Below are positions 24,803 through 39,000 of a stretch of DNA of 64,000 nt, in pieces. Position 1 is the first letter of the stretch; each line of letters opens with the position of its first letter. The translations under genes and the position numbers were made by a program. Below the pieces are notes generated by a model, which did not search any database, was not told the DNA's origin, and was given only the letters and a program-made list of their open reading frames with translations. The DNA comes from Balanoglossus misakiensis (Eukaryota; Animalia; Hemichordata): positions 2,968,345 to 3,032,344 of the forward strand of contig CM082579.2 of assembly GCA_040954595.2 (NCBI GenBank), in the 5' to 3' direction.

Positions 24803-27357
24803 CTGCAACAAGAAAAACAAAGTAACGGAAAATGAATACGGGTTTTTAGTTTCCCTAGACGAGAAATGCACTCGTCAGGTAGATATCACGGACTGACACA
24901 GTTGCAAGACTGCGAGCGACGGCGAGAAAGTTTTGTGCGTCAGACAAAAGAGTGGGTCATTGAATTGCAGAACGCGAAACCTCAGACTTTTAATGTTTTA
25001 GCTTCGGTGCCATGGCCAACAGCAATTTTCCGTTCACAAAAAAAACACACTCGTATTTCCGCTCATAACGTTCACAGAAACACTATTTTAAGGTCCGGTA
25101 AATGTGAATTTAAAGAGGCGATGCCCAATAATTATGAAAAACGACGCCAGCGAAAAAAAGACAAAAGTTGAATATTACAGACAGCGATAACATTTTTGCT
25201 ATCTTTCATGGGACTTTGTATCTCTATCGCACAACATATGGTGGATGTTGAATACAATTTCGGCCCCTGGAGCGCAAATACGGTCGATTTCTCTGGAATT
25301 CCCTAGTTAAACTTCAATACATATAAAAAAAACTCTGGCTCCTCACAGAGAAAGGAAAGAAATAATGAAGAACAGGATATTTTTGTGTAGTGTGTTATCA
25401 TTGGTGCTGACTCGAAAACATGACTGACCACATAGCAACGAGACTCATAAGATCACATTGGCAAGTCTTGCACTTATTTGAGACGTTCTGCCCAAACAAA
25501 GGGATAAATACGACAGTAGGCTGTTAAGTGCGGCTTATACATTATTCAAGTTTTTCTTACTTTAAAGTGTAAAATTCTCGTCATCATCTTTGGTCTGTGC
25601 CCGGCACATGCGGCTTGCTAAAAGGCTAATTGTCCATCGGTCGAAAACAAAAGACACCGGAAAAGTGAGACTGCGATAGTCCCCTGGATCGATAATGTTG
25701 ATGGGATTTTTTTGATTCCAGAAATATTTCTCACAGCAACAAATAAAAAGTGTTGCTACACGTAAAGAGGCACTCAACACGTCACAGATATAACGTGTTT
25801 CAAATCTCTTTGTGGTGGACGCGTTTTGTTTTCGACGCTGTTTTTTCGAGGATTTCGTAAGGCTACAAACGAAGTTTCAATATGGCCGACGTCCTTTAAG
25901 CTCAACAATTTGACTATCACAAACCGATTAACGCGTACAAAATATGAGACATAATACGCTAAAACGTTCATGAACCTTGTCTGCTTCCATTAAGGGGCCA
26001 TTATTTTTTTTAAATCTATCGCAGTGCAATCGACGGTTAAAATATGAAAGGGGTGAATTTTAACCCCAATAGACACGAAAAGTTGGCGCCAATAAAATAA
26101 AATGATATCAAATTTAAAAATAAGTTGTTACGTAATGACTTTCTTCCGCGCTCGGAAATACAACTTGTTGAAAACGGAACCTCGACACAAAGAAATCATG
26201 AAGCGTGCTTTATGAGTATGAAAACGCGTAAAATTTTCGAAACGGTCCAAAATATATCTGACTTATTGACAGTACTTTGGACAACATAATGATGATATTT
26301 CCAATCAATCAAGTCTCATTCTGTTTTTGTTGTGTGTTTTTTTTCAAGTTGGTTTCGCTGTTGGTGGTAGACAGGGAGGAAATACCCACCTGTCGATGGT
26401 AGTTATACGCATGTTCTCTGTAACAATACACCCACTATTGAATTCGACCCTGCTTTCGGCATTAAACTTTCAAAACCTTGTACCTTGACATCACCGCTAG
26501 CCCCCAAATATGAGAATAAAACTAATCTCGTTGTTTGTCCGAAAATCTTTTCGCATGAAGCGAATTTTCAGAGCCATAAAACGGTTATTGCGAATACTTT
26601 AATCGAGGTCAATCAGTGTTTATAATAATTTTCGCGGGGGGGGGGGGGGGCGCGAGGAGCGCTCCCGTGTAAGGCTCTTTCAGGATTCATTTCTAATTTC
26701 TTAAAAACGATTTGCAGAAAGAATACCCTATAAGACGCCATCAAGAATAAACTACTGTCGTTTTAGATAAAAGGGGACCCGGACTGCAAAAGTGATTAAA
26801 ATGTGCTAAGTTGCGTTAATTGCGCCAGAGAAAGAAAACAGAGCTAAGGGGTCTGGTGTTCAATATTGGCCGTGCCTGATAGGCTGGCGAGCGAAATAAG
26901 AACAAAAAACAAAGAAGATAAGCACGGTAATTAACTTCTAAAAGAAAAGGAAACGGGGTTGTTGTGCGCATAAAGTAAAATGTTGCTCTTTTTACAGATT
27001 AACGCAATAATGCGAATGAAATAAAGAATGAAATTGGTATGTGCGGTATGCGTTCACTGCTCGGTGTGCCAATTTGGACGAGTCAAACCTTTCGGTAGCT
27101 TTGTTCGCGGAGTCTCATCGCTAAACAAAGTAGTGCGCTCTGAAAATCTTAACCATAGATGAGCATTTGCATCCCCATTTCATTATTTTAATATTTTTTA
27201 ACTTCTTAAATGGTTTAAAAGACAATCGACAAAGTGTTTTTTTCGCTGTGAAAAATTAAAAGGAAGAAAAATTAAAAGTTGAGTGTGCATGTTGGTACTT
27301 TTGGCGCAAGCGGGAAGAAAGCTGAAGATGGAACAAAGAAAAAGTTTTCGAACTTAC

Positions 27358-27808
27358 TCATCGGCATATATTGCAATCTTCGGGGGTCAACCGGTAACCT
27401 GAATGCCGCAGGTGATGTGGTGGTCGCTTGTCTCGGCAAACTTGGAGAGATGCCCAGCGTGGAGTGGTGTCTGTCCCGGTGGTGGTCTAGGTACGGCGTG
27501 GTGATGGGGTGCGACATGACGTTGACGACCGACGACGGCGGCTTGAACATGGACACTGTGGTGGTAACCATGGGATTGATGGTGGTGCACGTCGTCGGCT
27601 CCCCGCGGATGCAGAGGGGACACATGCTGTTGACGGCCGTGTCAGACTTGCCCGGGTAGGACGGGTTGCAGTGTATGGAGTTGACGCTGGTCTCGGCGCC
27701 GTGCGAGTGGCTGTGACCAATGGGCAGGGCATGGTGGTCCCCTTCCAGAGCATGTCTCGGCGACGGCTTGTTCAGGATCAGGGAATCGACATAGAACGAC
27801 CGAGACAT
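27358..27808 (-). CDS. Gsx: Gsx exon 1
   Basis: Starts MSRSFYVDSLI (Gsx N-terminal SNAG/eh1-like motif) and contains CPLC and His-rich tracts. Donor A|GTAAGT at 27358/27357 is phase 1 and matches exon 2; 451+359=810 nt, 269 aa plus stop. Confidence 0.95.
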
Positions 27809-27929
27809 GGGTGTAGCGACCAAGTGCTCTTTGTTTGTGTGCAAAACGACCACTTGTAGAGTTGAAGTAACTCGGCTATACCTGTGTATTGATCTATATA
27901 AGCACTGACTGCCTTTCCACTCCTCCCCG

Positions 27930-28035
27930 CCGCTTTTATACTGCGCTCCCTTTCAATAGCTTCCCTCACGTGGCCATCTATTGGCCTCTGGAACCTAGGA
28001 TGTGGCTATCTCTAGTATATTGCTATTTGCATCTA
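27930..28035 (-). promoter_or_regulatory. Putative Gsx core promoter
   Basis: Minus-strand TATAAAAG at 27933-27940, CACGTG at 27967-27972, CCAAT at 27980-27984 and octamer ATGCAAAT at 28025-28032, in plausible order upstream of the ATG. Confidence 0.55.
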
Positions 28036-29508
28036 ATTATCATGATTATGATTATTATCTTGGCCAACGCTATCGAAAGCATTCTATCTTTTGAAAGCCG
28101 GGCCTGGATTGGCTTTTATCAGTGCGTCCCAGTATATTGTGAGGTTAATGTTGGCTATGTAATGTTATGCTGATAGGCCTTTGCTGACAAGTGGGCAGCA
28201 ATTGGCGGACCATGGTCGTGTGGCGGACACGCGAGTCATATTACCTGTCTCGACCGTGCGCACCTTCCCTATAATTGATCGCAAACTAAACCGGGGAAGG
28301 GAAAGAGAAACAGATTGGCCCAACAAAAGTTCGGTTGATTTCTATGCGTGATTTTTTGTCAGCATTATACATGTACATTCGGTCATTTTCCACACACTTG
28401 TCTGCATTTCTGACAGGGTTATTTCGCTGTGCATGATTGTATCTTGAAAATGAGTCGAATCTTGTTTTTAACATGACAGAGGAGGGCGAGGGATGCTGAG
28501 AACTGAAAAAAACACGCTAGTGGACTCTGATTTCTTTTTCTTACCGAGGATGGAAGTCAACCATGCTGTGATGATTAGTCCGACCACCACTGGTCACGAC
28601 GCACATTGTCACGGCCCATCAAACTTTGATTATTGCATTCAAGTTGGAGTTGTGAATGGCAATGGGTACGGGCACATGCTGGTCTCGGACCAAGCAAATG
28701 ACAGCGGTCACGTGATCGGCACGGTTACATGGACACACGCACACCTCGTTGTCAAGTGTAACCAGTCGTTAGAGAACCATTTATATCTCCGGGAAGGATG
28801 ATTCCCAAAACGTGTTTGCTTTGATAACCACGACGCCAATATTTAATCTCGATGAAACTATACGCTTACTGGCAGCCCTCGCATGGCTCTCTCTGTTTCT
28901 CCATATTTGCTCTTGGGGTCCCGCTTTCTTGTTCTATTTTCCTCCCTCGATTCTGTCTTCCACTCTCTCTCTCTTCGAATATCTCCGCGCGTCTCTCGCA
29001 CCCTCTCTCGGTGTCTGTGTGTCTGTCCCCGTCTTTGATACTGATGCACCCAGGAACTACGGATGATGTTGAGCGGGGAAGATAAGCCGCCATCTGCCGC
29101 TTGAATGGACACTTTTGGTCGTTATCGTGATCATCAAAACTGAAATGTGAACACACAACAACTTCTTTTCCAGCATCGGTAAAGGTAAAATAGGGAGATG
29201 TTTAGATTTGAACGATATCAAGGACACTCGATCACACAATGGGGGATTACGCACGAAAAAAGGAGAGCCCCGTCCCTTTGAGTCGCCCCGCTGTTTGGTG
29301 GCACTTATAGAATGTTTGTCATATTTAGAGGCAATACTCCGGACTGAAATCATAGAGGTGGGGTTAACTTTTAACGCAAGGGAGTCAAGAGGTGGCACCG
29401 GTAACAAACACACTCAAGCACCCAGCACTCCAACTCCATATGCCTACAAAGTTCGTTGAGTTTACAAAGCTAATAAAACACTAGACTATAATGTATACTC
29501 GGAATCGC

Positions 29509-29570
29509 ATATATATCTATATATCTATATCTATATCTATATATCTATATCTATATATATATGTATATAT
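29509..29570. repeat. (TA)n/(TATATC)n microsatellite
   Basis: atatatatctatatatctatatctatatc... Confidence 0.9.
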
Positions 29571-32500
29571 TTGGTATTTGAAAAATAACAATTTTACGGC
29601 GTTGGTCCCAAGTGAATCACTGGCGAGGATCATGACGGGGTGTGGGTCGACAAGCACTGATACGCACTGATGCATCACTTGTTTTTGTCAAGATAGATGT
29701 GGGCGATGAGCCGTGGTTGAAGTGGACCGAAAGAAAGCTCCAGACAAGTACTTTTTTCTCTTCTGTTTCATCAGTCTAGCGTATTATTGGGTCAAGAGCG
29801 TAGAAGTGATTCTCGCGTTCGGGTTACCTTTAATGCATTGACGGGTGACACGGAGAAAGGGAGAGCGAGAGAAAACCTCTAACTGTCTATTGTGATGACT
29901 CAACAACAGGTCAAGTTTTTTTCCAGTTCTGTCTATGTAAATCTATCATTTAGGACGAAACACGTGTTTGTCCGGAGACACCATGGAAATCTAACGCCAC
30001 ATGGTTGCTGGTCGGGTTCAAAGTCACGCACGGAAAGATCTCTGTCAACAATACGATGTGGTCAAGCGCAAGATATCTTTCCGCAAAAGAGTCTGCCAGA
30101 AATGGCTCTTGGCGAGTCAGTGCGAACCACACTTTCGCCGGGCCTGATGCAACACGATAGAACCCAAGTCGTGAAATGTGAAATACGGGGTCTGGTGAAC
30201 GCCTGGATGTTGCATTGTAGCTGTACTTTATCCCAGAAAAAAATACACGCTTGCATTGAAGCGTCGACTGTCAAATCGGAGTAACTTTCGAACTCTGGTC
30301 ATTCATGCCCCAAAAACCCGTGTCTGTCTGTTGTCATCGCTTCTGTTGATTTTCGTGTGGGAAGTAATCTTGTGCACTTTATCAATCCTTCCTCTGTTGA
30401 GCTTTATTTCAAGGCGAAATATGTGCACTTTCTTACAACAGGAAGATCACATTTAACGTTAAGCGCACACCGGACGATCAAACTTTTATTATAGAAGAAT
30501 AATGCATTTAGAATTTTCCGGTGGGCTTTTGATGATAGTTTTGATAAATATTTAATACGGGCTATAATACGAAATAACACAACAATCGGAGAGCTAGGGG
30601 GCCTCGGGTGAAATGGCTGACCAATCAGAGAGCTTACATCAAGCCACATTAGTTGAGTTTGCTGTCTGTCACAATTTAAAAATCTATGATTACGAAGTAC
30701 TTTTGTACTTTTGGTGTCTGAAACGAGGCGACTTAATGACAACCAGCCATGATAAATTCTGTAGCAACACAACTTTTTAAAAAAATTAAACACGAACTCA
30801 CAGATTGTAAAGGGCGTTTCTTCGTAACCGCGCATGGTGATTTTCTTATGAATAAATGACAGATATGCGTGAATGTCGAGTTCGCATACTCTAACCGAAA
30901 CTGGGGCCAGTTAACACAAACTTGAGTTTAGATGGCCGCGCTGCATTCTCTGAAAGAAGCTGGAAACAATCCATGATGACGTGCAACAGATTCTAAAGAT
31001 AGGCGGGTACGCTTCCAAACACCAAGGAATTAAGTTTGGTCCGCGAACAAAGATAGTGCCCAAGCGGTCCGATGCTTATCGAATAAGACTTACCGTTGTC
31101 TTATGTGTCAGTGAAACGAAAGTACAGTGCGACCCTTCTCGCTTATATCTTTGGCGACTACAGTTTTATACTAATACATTACGACTGTTTTATAGTCTTG
31201 GATCAGAAATGTTTGGAATTGGTCGGAGTGTGAGTCTAAGCGTTGTAACTGTACCTTTTTATAATTTCTGGCCAATATGTGGCACAGCCGTCACCTGTCA
31301 TAAACGTTTAGGAGTTTATTTTCCTCAAAATGGGATAGTTTAATAAAATTTAGCAAATAAAACAAAATAAAATCGTTGTTTTGGTACACAGAACGAGAAT
31401 ACTAGAAACAGACGAAAGGTACAGCTATCGTTTCTTTAAAGATGTACATTTTACTGAAAACAAATTATAGATGATACCAAGTGCCATTGTACAACGTTGG
31501 ATGTAGCGCCAACCAAAAATAGTAAACGCCTGACACAAAATGCTCTCTGGTCACGTGGGTTATATCACCACAAGGTGGAAAAGTGGGGCGCGAGACATAG
31601 CGTCTTTGTGGACAATACCTTGACACTCAAAACGTTCGCCAAGAATTTCGCGGAAACCCTCTTTCGGTGGTGCCTGACGAAATTCGGCAGTCGTGTCGTT
31701 TGCGACCGGGTGTGATAACTCGGAAACAGCTCCATTTCGCGTCGTGGTGTGCACACGCTTTTGTCGGAGCGGAACCTGGTCAATTGAACATGAGGAATGC
31801 CGAACAACTGCTTCGGACGGCGATTAATATTCAGTTCTCACCGTTCCCCTTCTTTTTAATGAAGAGAAACAAAGGTTGCTAATATTAATGAGCGGGCAAG
31901 TAGCGTGAACGGGGGACAGTAGAAACTTGACAAATTCCCACAAGCACTGTCAAATATGGCACGTACACACGGCATCAACTTAGCAATGCAAATCACTTCG
32001 GAGACTGAGCGGTGACACGCATGGATCCATTGAATCTGCCTGATTGGTGCCAATGAAAATCACGAGAGCTGCCAGCTTGATTGATCATTATGTAACGAAT
32101 ACAGTCCGAGAAAAGGATTGATGGAAAATAGTTTACACACAGGTGATAGATTCATGACGCTGGCTTACTGTTTTGCATATGGTCAGTGTAATTTTATCAA
32201 TTGGATACTAGTACTAGTATATCATTTATATAAAATTAAAGGACAGTAGCTGTAACTTTTTAATGATTATTTCACTACGTTACCCTTTGCATCAACTACA
32301 GTTTCTTGTTCTTCTAGCTGGAGTTTATTTAAATGCCAATATTTGACTCATAAACAAAGAATGTGCAGTGTTATCACTGACAATCTTTATCATTTTTAGT
32401 CCGGACAAGAATTCAATTATCAACAATATATACAGACTGCGGTGACAATCTGAGACAAGGCTTGTCAAGATTTTGTAGGGGTAGAACAGAACGTCCCTTC

Positions 32501-35500
32501 TCCCTTGATCACACATAATGTCCATCTTTTGTACATGCGGAGAACACAACATTTGGAGTAATTGCAATATGGAGTAATTACAGAACACATTACAAGCTTA
32601 GAAATCGAGATCTTCAGAAGATAATGTATCAGTCAAGAAATGTCTTTTAGTGACATGCAACATTGTGGGAGGTAGTTGCACGAACAAAGACTTAAGAATC
32701 AGCCATCTCCTTAATTACCCTGATTAAGCTAACTTTCTAATTAATTGACAACTGTCTGTATTGGGAGCATTTTCCAAACCATTGTCTTCCGTAGAACGAC
32801 CTAATGGTCCATTAAAGCTACGCAAAAACATTGCACTGAAGTAAATGCGATGAAGGATGTATTCAAATCCAATACCGATGCTATCCATTAACAAAATGTG
32901 CGGATGAGCAGTCGTTGTAGAGATCTGTCTTCGCCTGTCTGTCTGTCTGCCTGTCTGTTTGTCTGTCTCTCTCTCTCTGTTTGTTGACGCTATAGAAATG
33001 TAACTACCCATCTCGAGTCGGGCGGCCAATTTGCTTGTTTTTTTGGACAGCACTGTCCTATTACATCATATATAACTGGTACCTCAGTCACTAGTTAGAA
33101 TTCGACAGATAATTTGCGATGACCTTGAAATGCTTGATTACTTGACCGCACCCTAAAGCCACTGCACTTCACGCAGTATTGAAGCTAACGGTGTAGTTTT
33201 TAAAGGAAAAAGACCGAGGCGATTCACCTGGTATATTTTCTTGCAAGGACGGTGTATATTCACGTCCAAGTCATATAGTCTCTCAAACAGGCAAAACTCC
33301 TGCAAAAATAAAACTGCCGGAAAATACGTGGACAATAGGTATGTAGGGCTGAAGCCGCGACGACCGCCCATTGTAGTCAGCGAACATATTACACCGTCCA
33401 TGATGAATTCCGGATGAGACGAAACACGGGCTTTTAAGCCTTCAGGGGAGGTAATCCGAAACTACTAATTGATAAAAAAACTCGTGCAAATGACAATAAT
33501 GAAAACCGTTAATTGCAGAGTGGAGAGGGCAATTTAATTGAAATACAAATTGAAAAGTATTCATGGGTTGGTTAATTGACGACTGTGACTTTGAACACCA
33601 GTAGTAACGGCAGAGAAGTGGCATTGTCAAAAGACACCGACCGACAATGTAACATATAAAATAAAATTTTATGGCAAAAAGGTGTCCCCTCGCAAGGCGT
33701 GGGAAATCGCCAATGTCAATTATGTCCTTTCCAGTCACTTACGAGCAACAGTTGTGTCGCTTTTATGACAGGAACGATCGAAATTTGTGTTGCGTTTATG
33801 ACAAATTGTTTTTAATAAGAGTTCTGCAGTCCTGGTCACCCTTAAGTTCCAGAAGATTACAGTCGCACTTATGACAAGTCCGTCATTACATCTCATCCAA
33901 GTAAGTTTTCGATAAAACTATAGTACCCTTTACTGAGATTCTTTTCGACTGCTTTCACTCTTATGTCTAAAAAGAGCTGTCCATTGCTTTTTTTCGATAC
34001 CGTGCTCATTCATAGTACATTAATTTTTACAGAGTTGTAATTCGAATATTGGGGGCGGGGTGGTCCTTCGGGGAGCTTTCTGCAAACTGACGCGCCTTCA
34101 GCAAACTATTCGACAGTGTCATGAACGCACGTCTCCGATACGCCTCACGGATCCCAGACACTGGCCCACGAAAGAAGTGATAGTATATTGGAAGTAAATG
34201 ATTTATCAACGAGGGTATTCCCACTTCCACGCCAGTGCGTTCACCCGAAGTTGGCCAAGGGTCAAGGTCATTGCTTGTGCAATAGACTAACCTGTTTCTG
34301 CGCCTATTATTTCAAACCCAGCAGGTGCGATACGCTAGCTGAAGTGCCCTTGTCCACTCCGGTTTCCCGTTAGAATTGCCGCATACGGGGCCGAATACTA
34401 AAAAAAAAAACTTGCTTCTCACCAGGGATCAATAATGAAATGGCGAAACAAAAACTTCCTTTGTAAATTCCTCTTAAATTTCAATTGTTCGGCATATTTA
34501 AATAGCTCCCCTCGGTTTGTTTTGGCCTCTGATCAAGTATAAATGTATATAACTTTACGACTCCACGCTCCGCTGACCGCGACTAAGTTGTATAAAGCGC
34601 CGGGTGAGGTTACGAACAAGAATTTGAAGTTTAGCGATTTATGCGCGCCCCTAACTTCCGCTTTGTGATCCAATTGCGCTCTCGGAGAGAGATATAAAAT
34701 CGCAAAATTAGAACACGTAATAAACATTTTATGGTGTGCCATTTTTGCGGTTTTTCCACTTCTGAGCACCTTATCATTTCAATGACTGCGTCGAAAAAAG
34801 GAGAACACGTGCAAAATCAGACGCAGTCACGGACACTCACTGGTCGATTACACAAGCGTTAGCACTTTTCAAATTCGAAATTCATGAAAACAAATTAGAG
34901 AAATCCATCGCTTATGCAGCCTTTTATGACTTAGTGAGCTTTGCAATCAAACTTCAGAGGAATACTAAATAAACAGACGTCGCGTTGTTGCTGCAACTAG
35001 CATTTGGTAGAACTACGAGTGTAATCTATGAACCTGGCTACCAGCCCTCTGCTTGGGATACATTATGGGTGGGGGGTTTTCTATTTCAGAAACAAAAAGC
35101 AAAGGTTTTCGATACAGGGAGTTGTTGATGAGACCAAAACAAAGACAGATCAACAAGTTCTCTTCTTTTTTTATCTAAGTCTCCGTTTATGTGCGGAGAT
35201 GAGACAGCAGTGAGAAATATTACTTAGAACAAGGGCATTTGGGACAAACAAGCGAATTATAGGGTCTGGTTGTAAAGGGAGTAGACAAAACGGTTGCATC
35301 CAAAAAGCGGTGATTCGTCACAGGTGAGAAGATGTTTGGCGCAGGTTGGCATTACACAAAACAGTTACTAGGCAACGCTAATGACGGAAATATTTGGAAA
35401 GAGAAGTGGCCTGGCAGCTGGACGGACAGTTTTGAGATCGTTATTTGCATAACGTGGATTTTGGAGTCTGGATGCTGTCCGTGGAAAACCATGCGGGATA

Positions 35501-35998
35501 GATGAGTCATTGTTTATAGAAGGAGATGGGGTTTACTTTTTTGGCGGAAATAATTCAATCTCTCACAAATCCAATCTTGTTAGGTATTGAAAGATACTGT
35601 TTTAAATTGACTGGGACTAAATCAAACGATGCACAGGCTAAATGTGTCGCGAGACAGGTATATGCCTTACAGAATGAAACCCAACGAAAATAGAATTACG
35701 TCATGAATAAACCAGATTGCCGTGTGGTACCTAACACCTGAAGAAAATGACCATTTCAATGCCTGGAATGTTCAATGCCATGAAAGTTAAAGGATGGCTT
35801 GTCGTAAAAGGGTAAGTGGTTGTCATTAACTATTGGTGGCGCTATAATAATTGTTCTGAAATTTCTGGCCATCGTGAAAAACATATCCACAAAATGTTTG
35901 GTCATCCACCTGTGTGACCACCGTGACCATGGGGTGGCGCACTTCGTGAGCGTGAAAAACACGTGAAACAACGCGATTGGTGATTTGTTTTATGTTGC

Positions 35999-35999
<1 letters not shown>

Positions 36000-36033
<34 letters not shown>

Positions 36034-36067
36034 ACATCATCACCACCACCATCACCACCACCACCAT
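36000..36067. repeat. (CAT)n-(CAC)n compound microsatellite
   Basis: About 11 CAT units grading into CAC units. Confidence 0.9.
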
Positions 36068-39000
36068 GAAGTGTCACATGCTAAATTTTCGACGCAGGCC
36101 AAGTTTGATCCGATAGAAAAAACTGTCGGACAGAAAAGTGGCAGTCCCACGTCACCGGTCGTGCGCCGGGGAAATGGACAAGGGTTACTACTATGAACCG
36201 GTCACGTGACCAGTACTCATCATTAAGTACACTTGTTCGACGTGATGCATTGCGGCTCGCGACTATGCATCGTAATTGACCAATCGATCAAAATAGTACA
36301 GGTACCTCACGACGGGGTCGCCATTAAAATAATGACAAAATCACAATGCTATTCGTTTAATTTTTAAATAGTGGGTGAAAACATATTTATCTGATATTGA
36401 GTGGAACAAACAGGTACGAGAAATACGATAGCCACGGTTGCACAGCGCCAGCGACCCAGTCTTTCCACCATAGTCACACCGGTCTCTGCGCTCCGTTCCT
36501 TTCGCCTTATCGCATGGTTTCTTGTCTGGCGGGCAGCTCTGGCCATCGTGCGGCAATTTAGGATACATTATCGGCGAGGCTGTCGCCTGTAATTTCTAGT
36601 GAACCTTTGTGCGCGCAACAATGAAGATGGCTGAACGGCACATAATCGATGCCTAATTGTGATTGATGTGGGCATTCAAATCTCTGAAAAAAAGTTTGTC
36701 GGCCATCGGTTGACTCCAGAACACTGATGACAGACCAGTGGCAGAAAAAATAACGATAATTGAGATACTATTTTCGCCCTCTTATCTATTTAGATTTCTA
36801 ATCCACAGAAAGGGCGAAGGTAGCGTATCTTCTTGATTGAACGGGCTATTGTACACCGCCTTGAACGAGGCTGCAATTATAGGGTCTTTATCGCCTCTTT
36901 TGCAAACTTATCGCCAGGAATACTTTGTGTATTAAGATCCACTTGCGGAGATGTCAACGAAATACAGTTAGGATTAGGGACTTTTGAAACAAAGAATTGT
37001 ACAAATGGCCTCTCGGCCCACACTATACACTTCAGCGCGGGAGCAACATAGACCAGATAGTCCAATGCAAATCTCACCTGCTACGTAACGACAGGTACAC
37101 AGGTGGCATGGCCAATAATATAAGGCGTTCGATTTTGACGTCACCTTCGAGTTGCCTTACTCCGCGTCAGAATTCTCGACGTCTCCATTTTCGAAAGAGA
37201 AAACAAACACAAACAATGCTTTACCAAACATCTTTTAAAACACTCCACGTGCTTTAGAGAGTGTCATGTAGCTAGATGGGAGCAGATAGCTAATAGGTGA
37301 GATTGGATTGTAATTACGCCGCTGATAATGGAAGTAGACGGGAAGGACACATCATCCAAGGGGTGTGACTGTCGCCACGGCATTGAAAATGAAAAACGTT
37401 GGTAAGTGGGTAAACACACGGGTTTGGGGTTTAAGGCACTCAGGCCATGCTTTCGTTCTTAGCGTTGTGTCGGCCAGAAGCTAAATGTTAAAAACGTCTA
37501 AAGCTATAATTAGCAAAGAAAACACGAATTGGCAGTGCCATTATTTCAATTGACATAAAAGGGGTAATCGCATGCTGTACTTTTCAGTGGTTTCGACGTG
37601 CATACTTTTCAGGTTTTTTGTTCCCACTCAAAGCCTAATCGAGTGCGATTGCCAAAGTCGCGTTGAATATCAAACTTCTGTGACAGTCTGAGAAGGTCCC
37701 TAAAGCGGTTGCCATTGATGTTTTTTCAGGTCGGAGTGGATCATGAGATATCGTTACTAACATATGTAAGGAGCAGCCGGCCTGGCCATCTCGTATCTCA
37801 TCGTAATTGATGGCAAGGGCTTCCTGCCGCGGGGACTGCGTCTACGGTTTCGTGGCGTTTTTCTCAAAATGTCCGCTAGCGTGTGACGGTTAAATTCTCT
37901 TTCAATGCAGCCAGTCAATGTTAACAATAAGAACAAGGAGTAGAGCTCGACAAGAGGCTAGGGATAAAAACCCAACACAATATAATTCTTCTTTCACGGG
38001 AAGATTTGGCATGATTGAACAATGTGATGGGTGAAAAGCAATCACTGCTTACTCCGTTGGAGTGGTTGACTGGGGGTAAATGGGATCAGTAGAACGTCCC
38101 TAGGAAAGTAGACCACTTCTGAAGGGGAAGGCCACATGCGTGCGCCGATGCCAAGGGGCACACCGTCCCGTGTGGAAATGCCGCGATGAATGGATTCAAT
38201 ACAAGAGGCGGAAATGCATCTCCCGCACTGCGGTGAATCGGTTGAACGCTGCACTGTGCTAATCCCCCAAGTCTCTGAAGGCAGAGCGAGAGCTGTGTCG
38301 TGAGAACGGGTCAAGTCGGTGAAAGGTTTTTTTTTACATTCTGCTGACAAAGCCATTTGCAATGATATGCTTCCTCTTGAATGACGCCGAGTCACGTAAA
38401 CTGGTTTGCGGCCAGCCCCCCTCCCCCCGGTCTCCCGTGGTTCTTTTGGCTCGCAACTTGTTGTGGTTCGTCGCCGCTCCGTCACGTGAAAGGAGACCCG
38501 CTGGTAAGGACGCCGGCAACGACAGTCCGATTGGTCGCACAATGACCTGAAATGGACGCGATTTTTTTTTTCAAAGTGACGCACACAATTCAAGCGTATC
38601 GAATAAAGGAAATGGTGATTAAATGAGCGAATGAATGTGGGACTTGGAAAAGTTGGAAAGTCAAAGATAAGCTCCAGATTTCAAGTCCAGAGTGACTTGG
38701 TCCTGGTTCAGGTATTAATAACTTTGCACACACTCACACACTGGAAGTCAAGTGCTCAATAGCAGGCATTTCTTTGCTAAGCTCCTTTGTTCAAAAGACC
38801 AACGATGCGGCGTTGTCAGAGACAAGAATACATTGTGACAGCAAAAGCCGTTTCTCAGACGCGACAGTGGAAAGACATCGATGACTGTAAATTGAATTGA
38901 CATTTGTTAGCGCTCATCATGATGTACACGGCTTGTATTTAGCGCCAATCAGTCTGGAATTAGTGGGTAGGCGATGTACGAACTATAAATAAATGCTCCT

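Noticed and set aside
29570-29690. Possible SINE-like fragment next to the (TA)n repeat
   Set aside because: No clear A/B boxes, TSD or second copy in the window.
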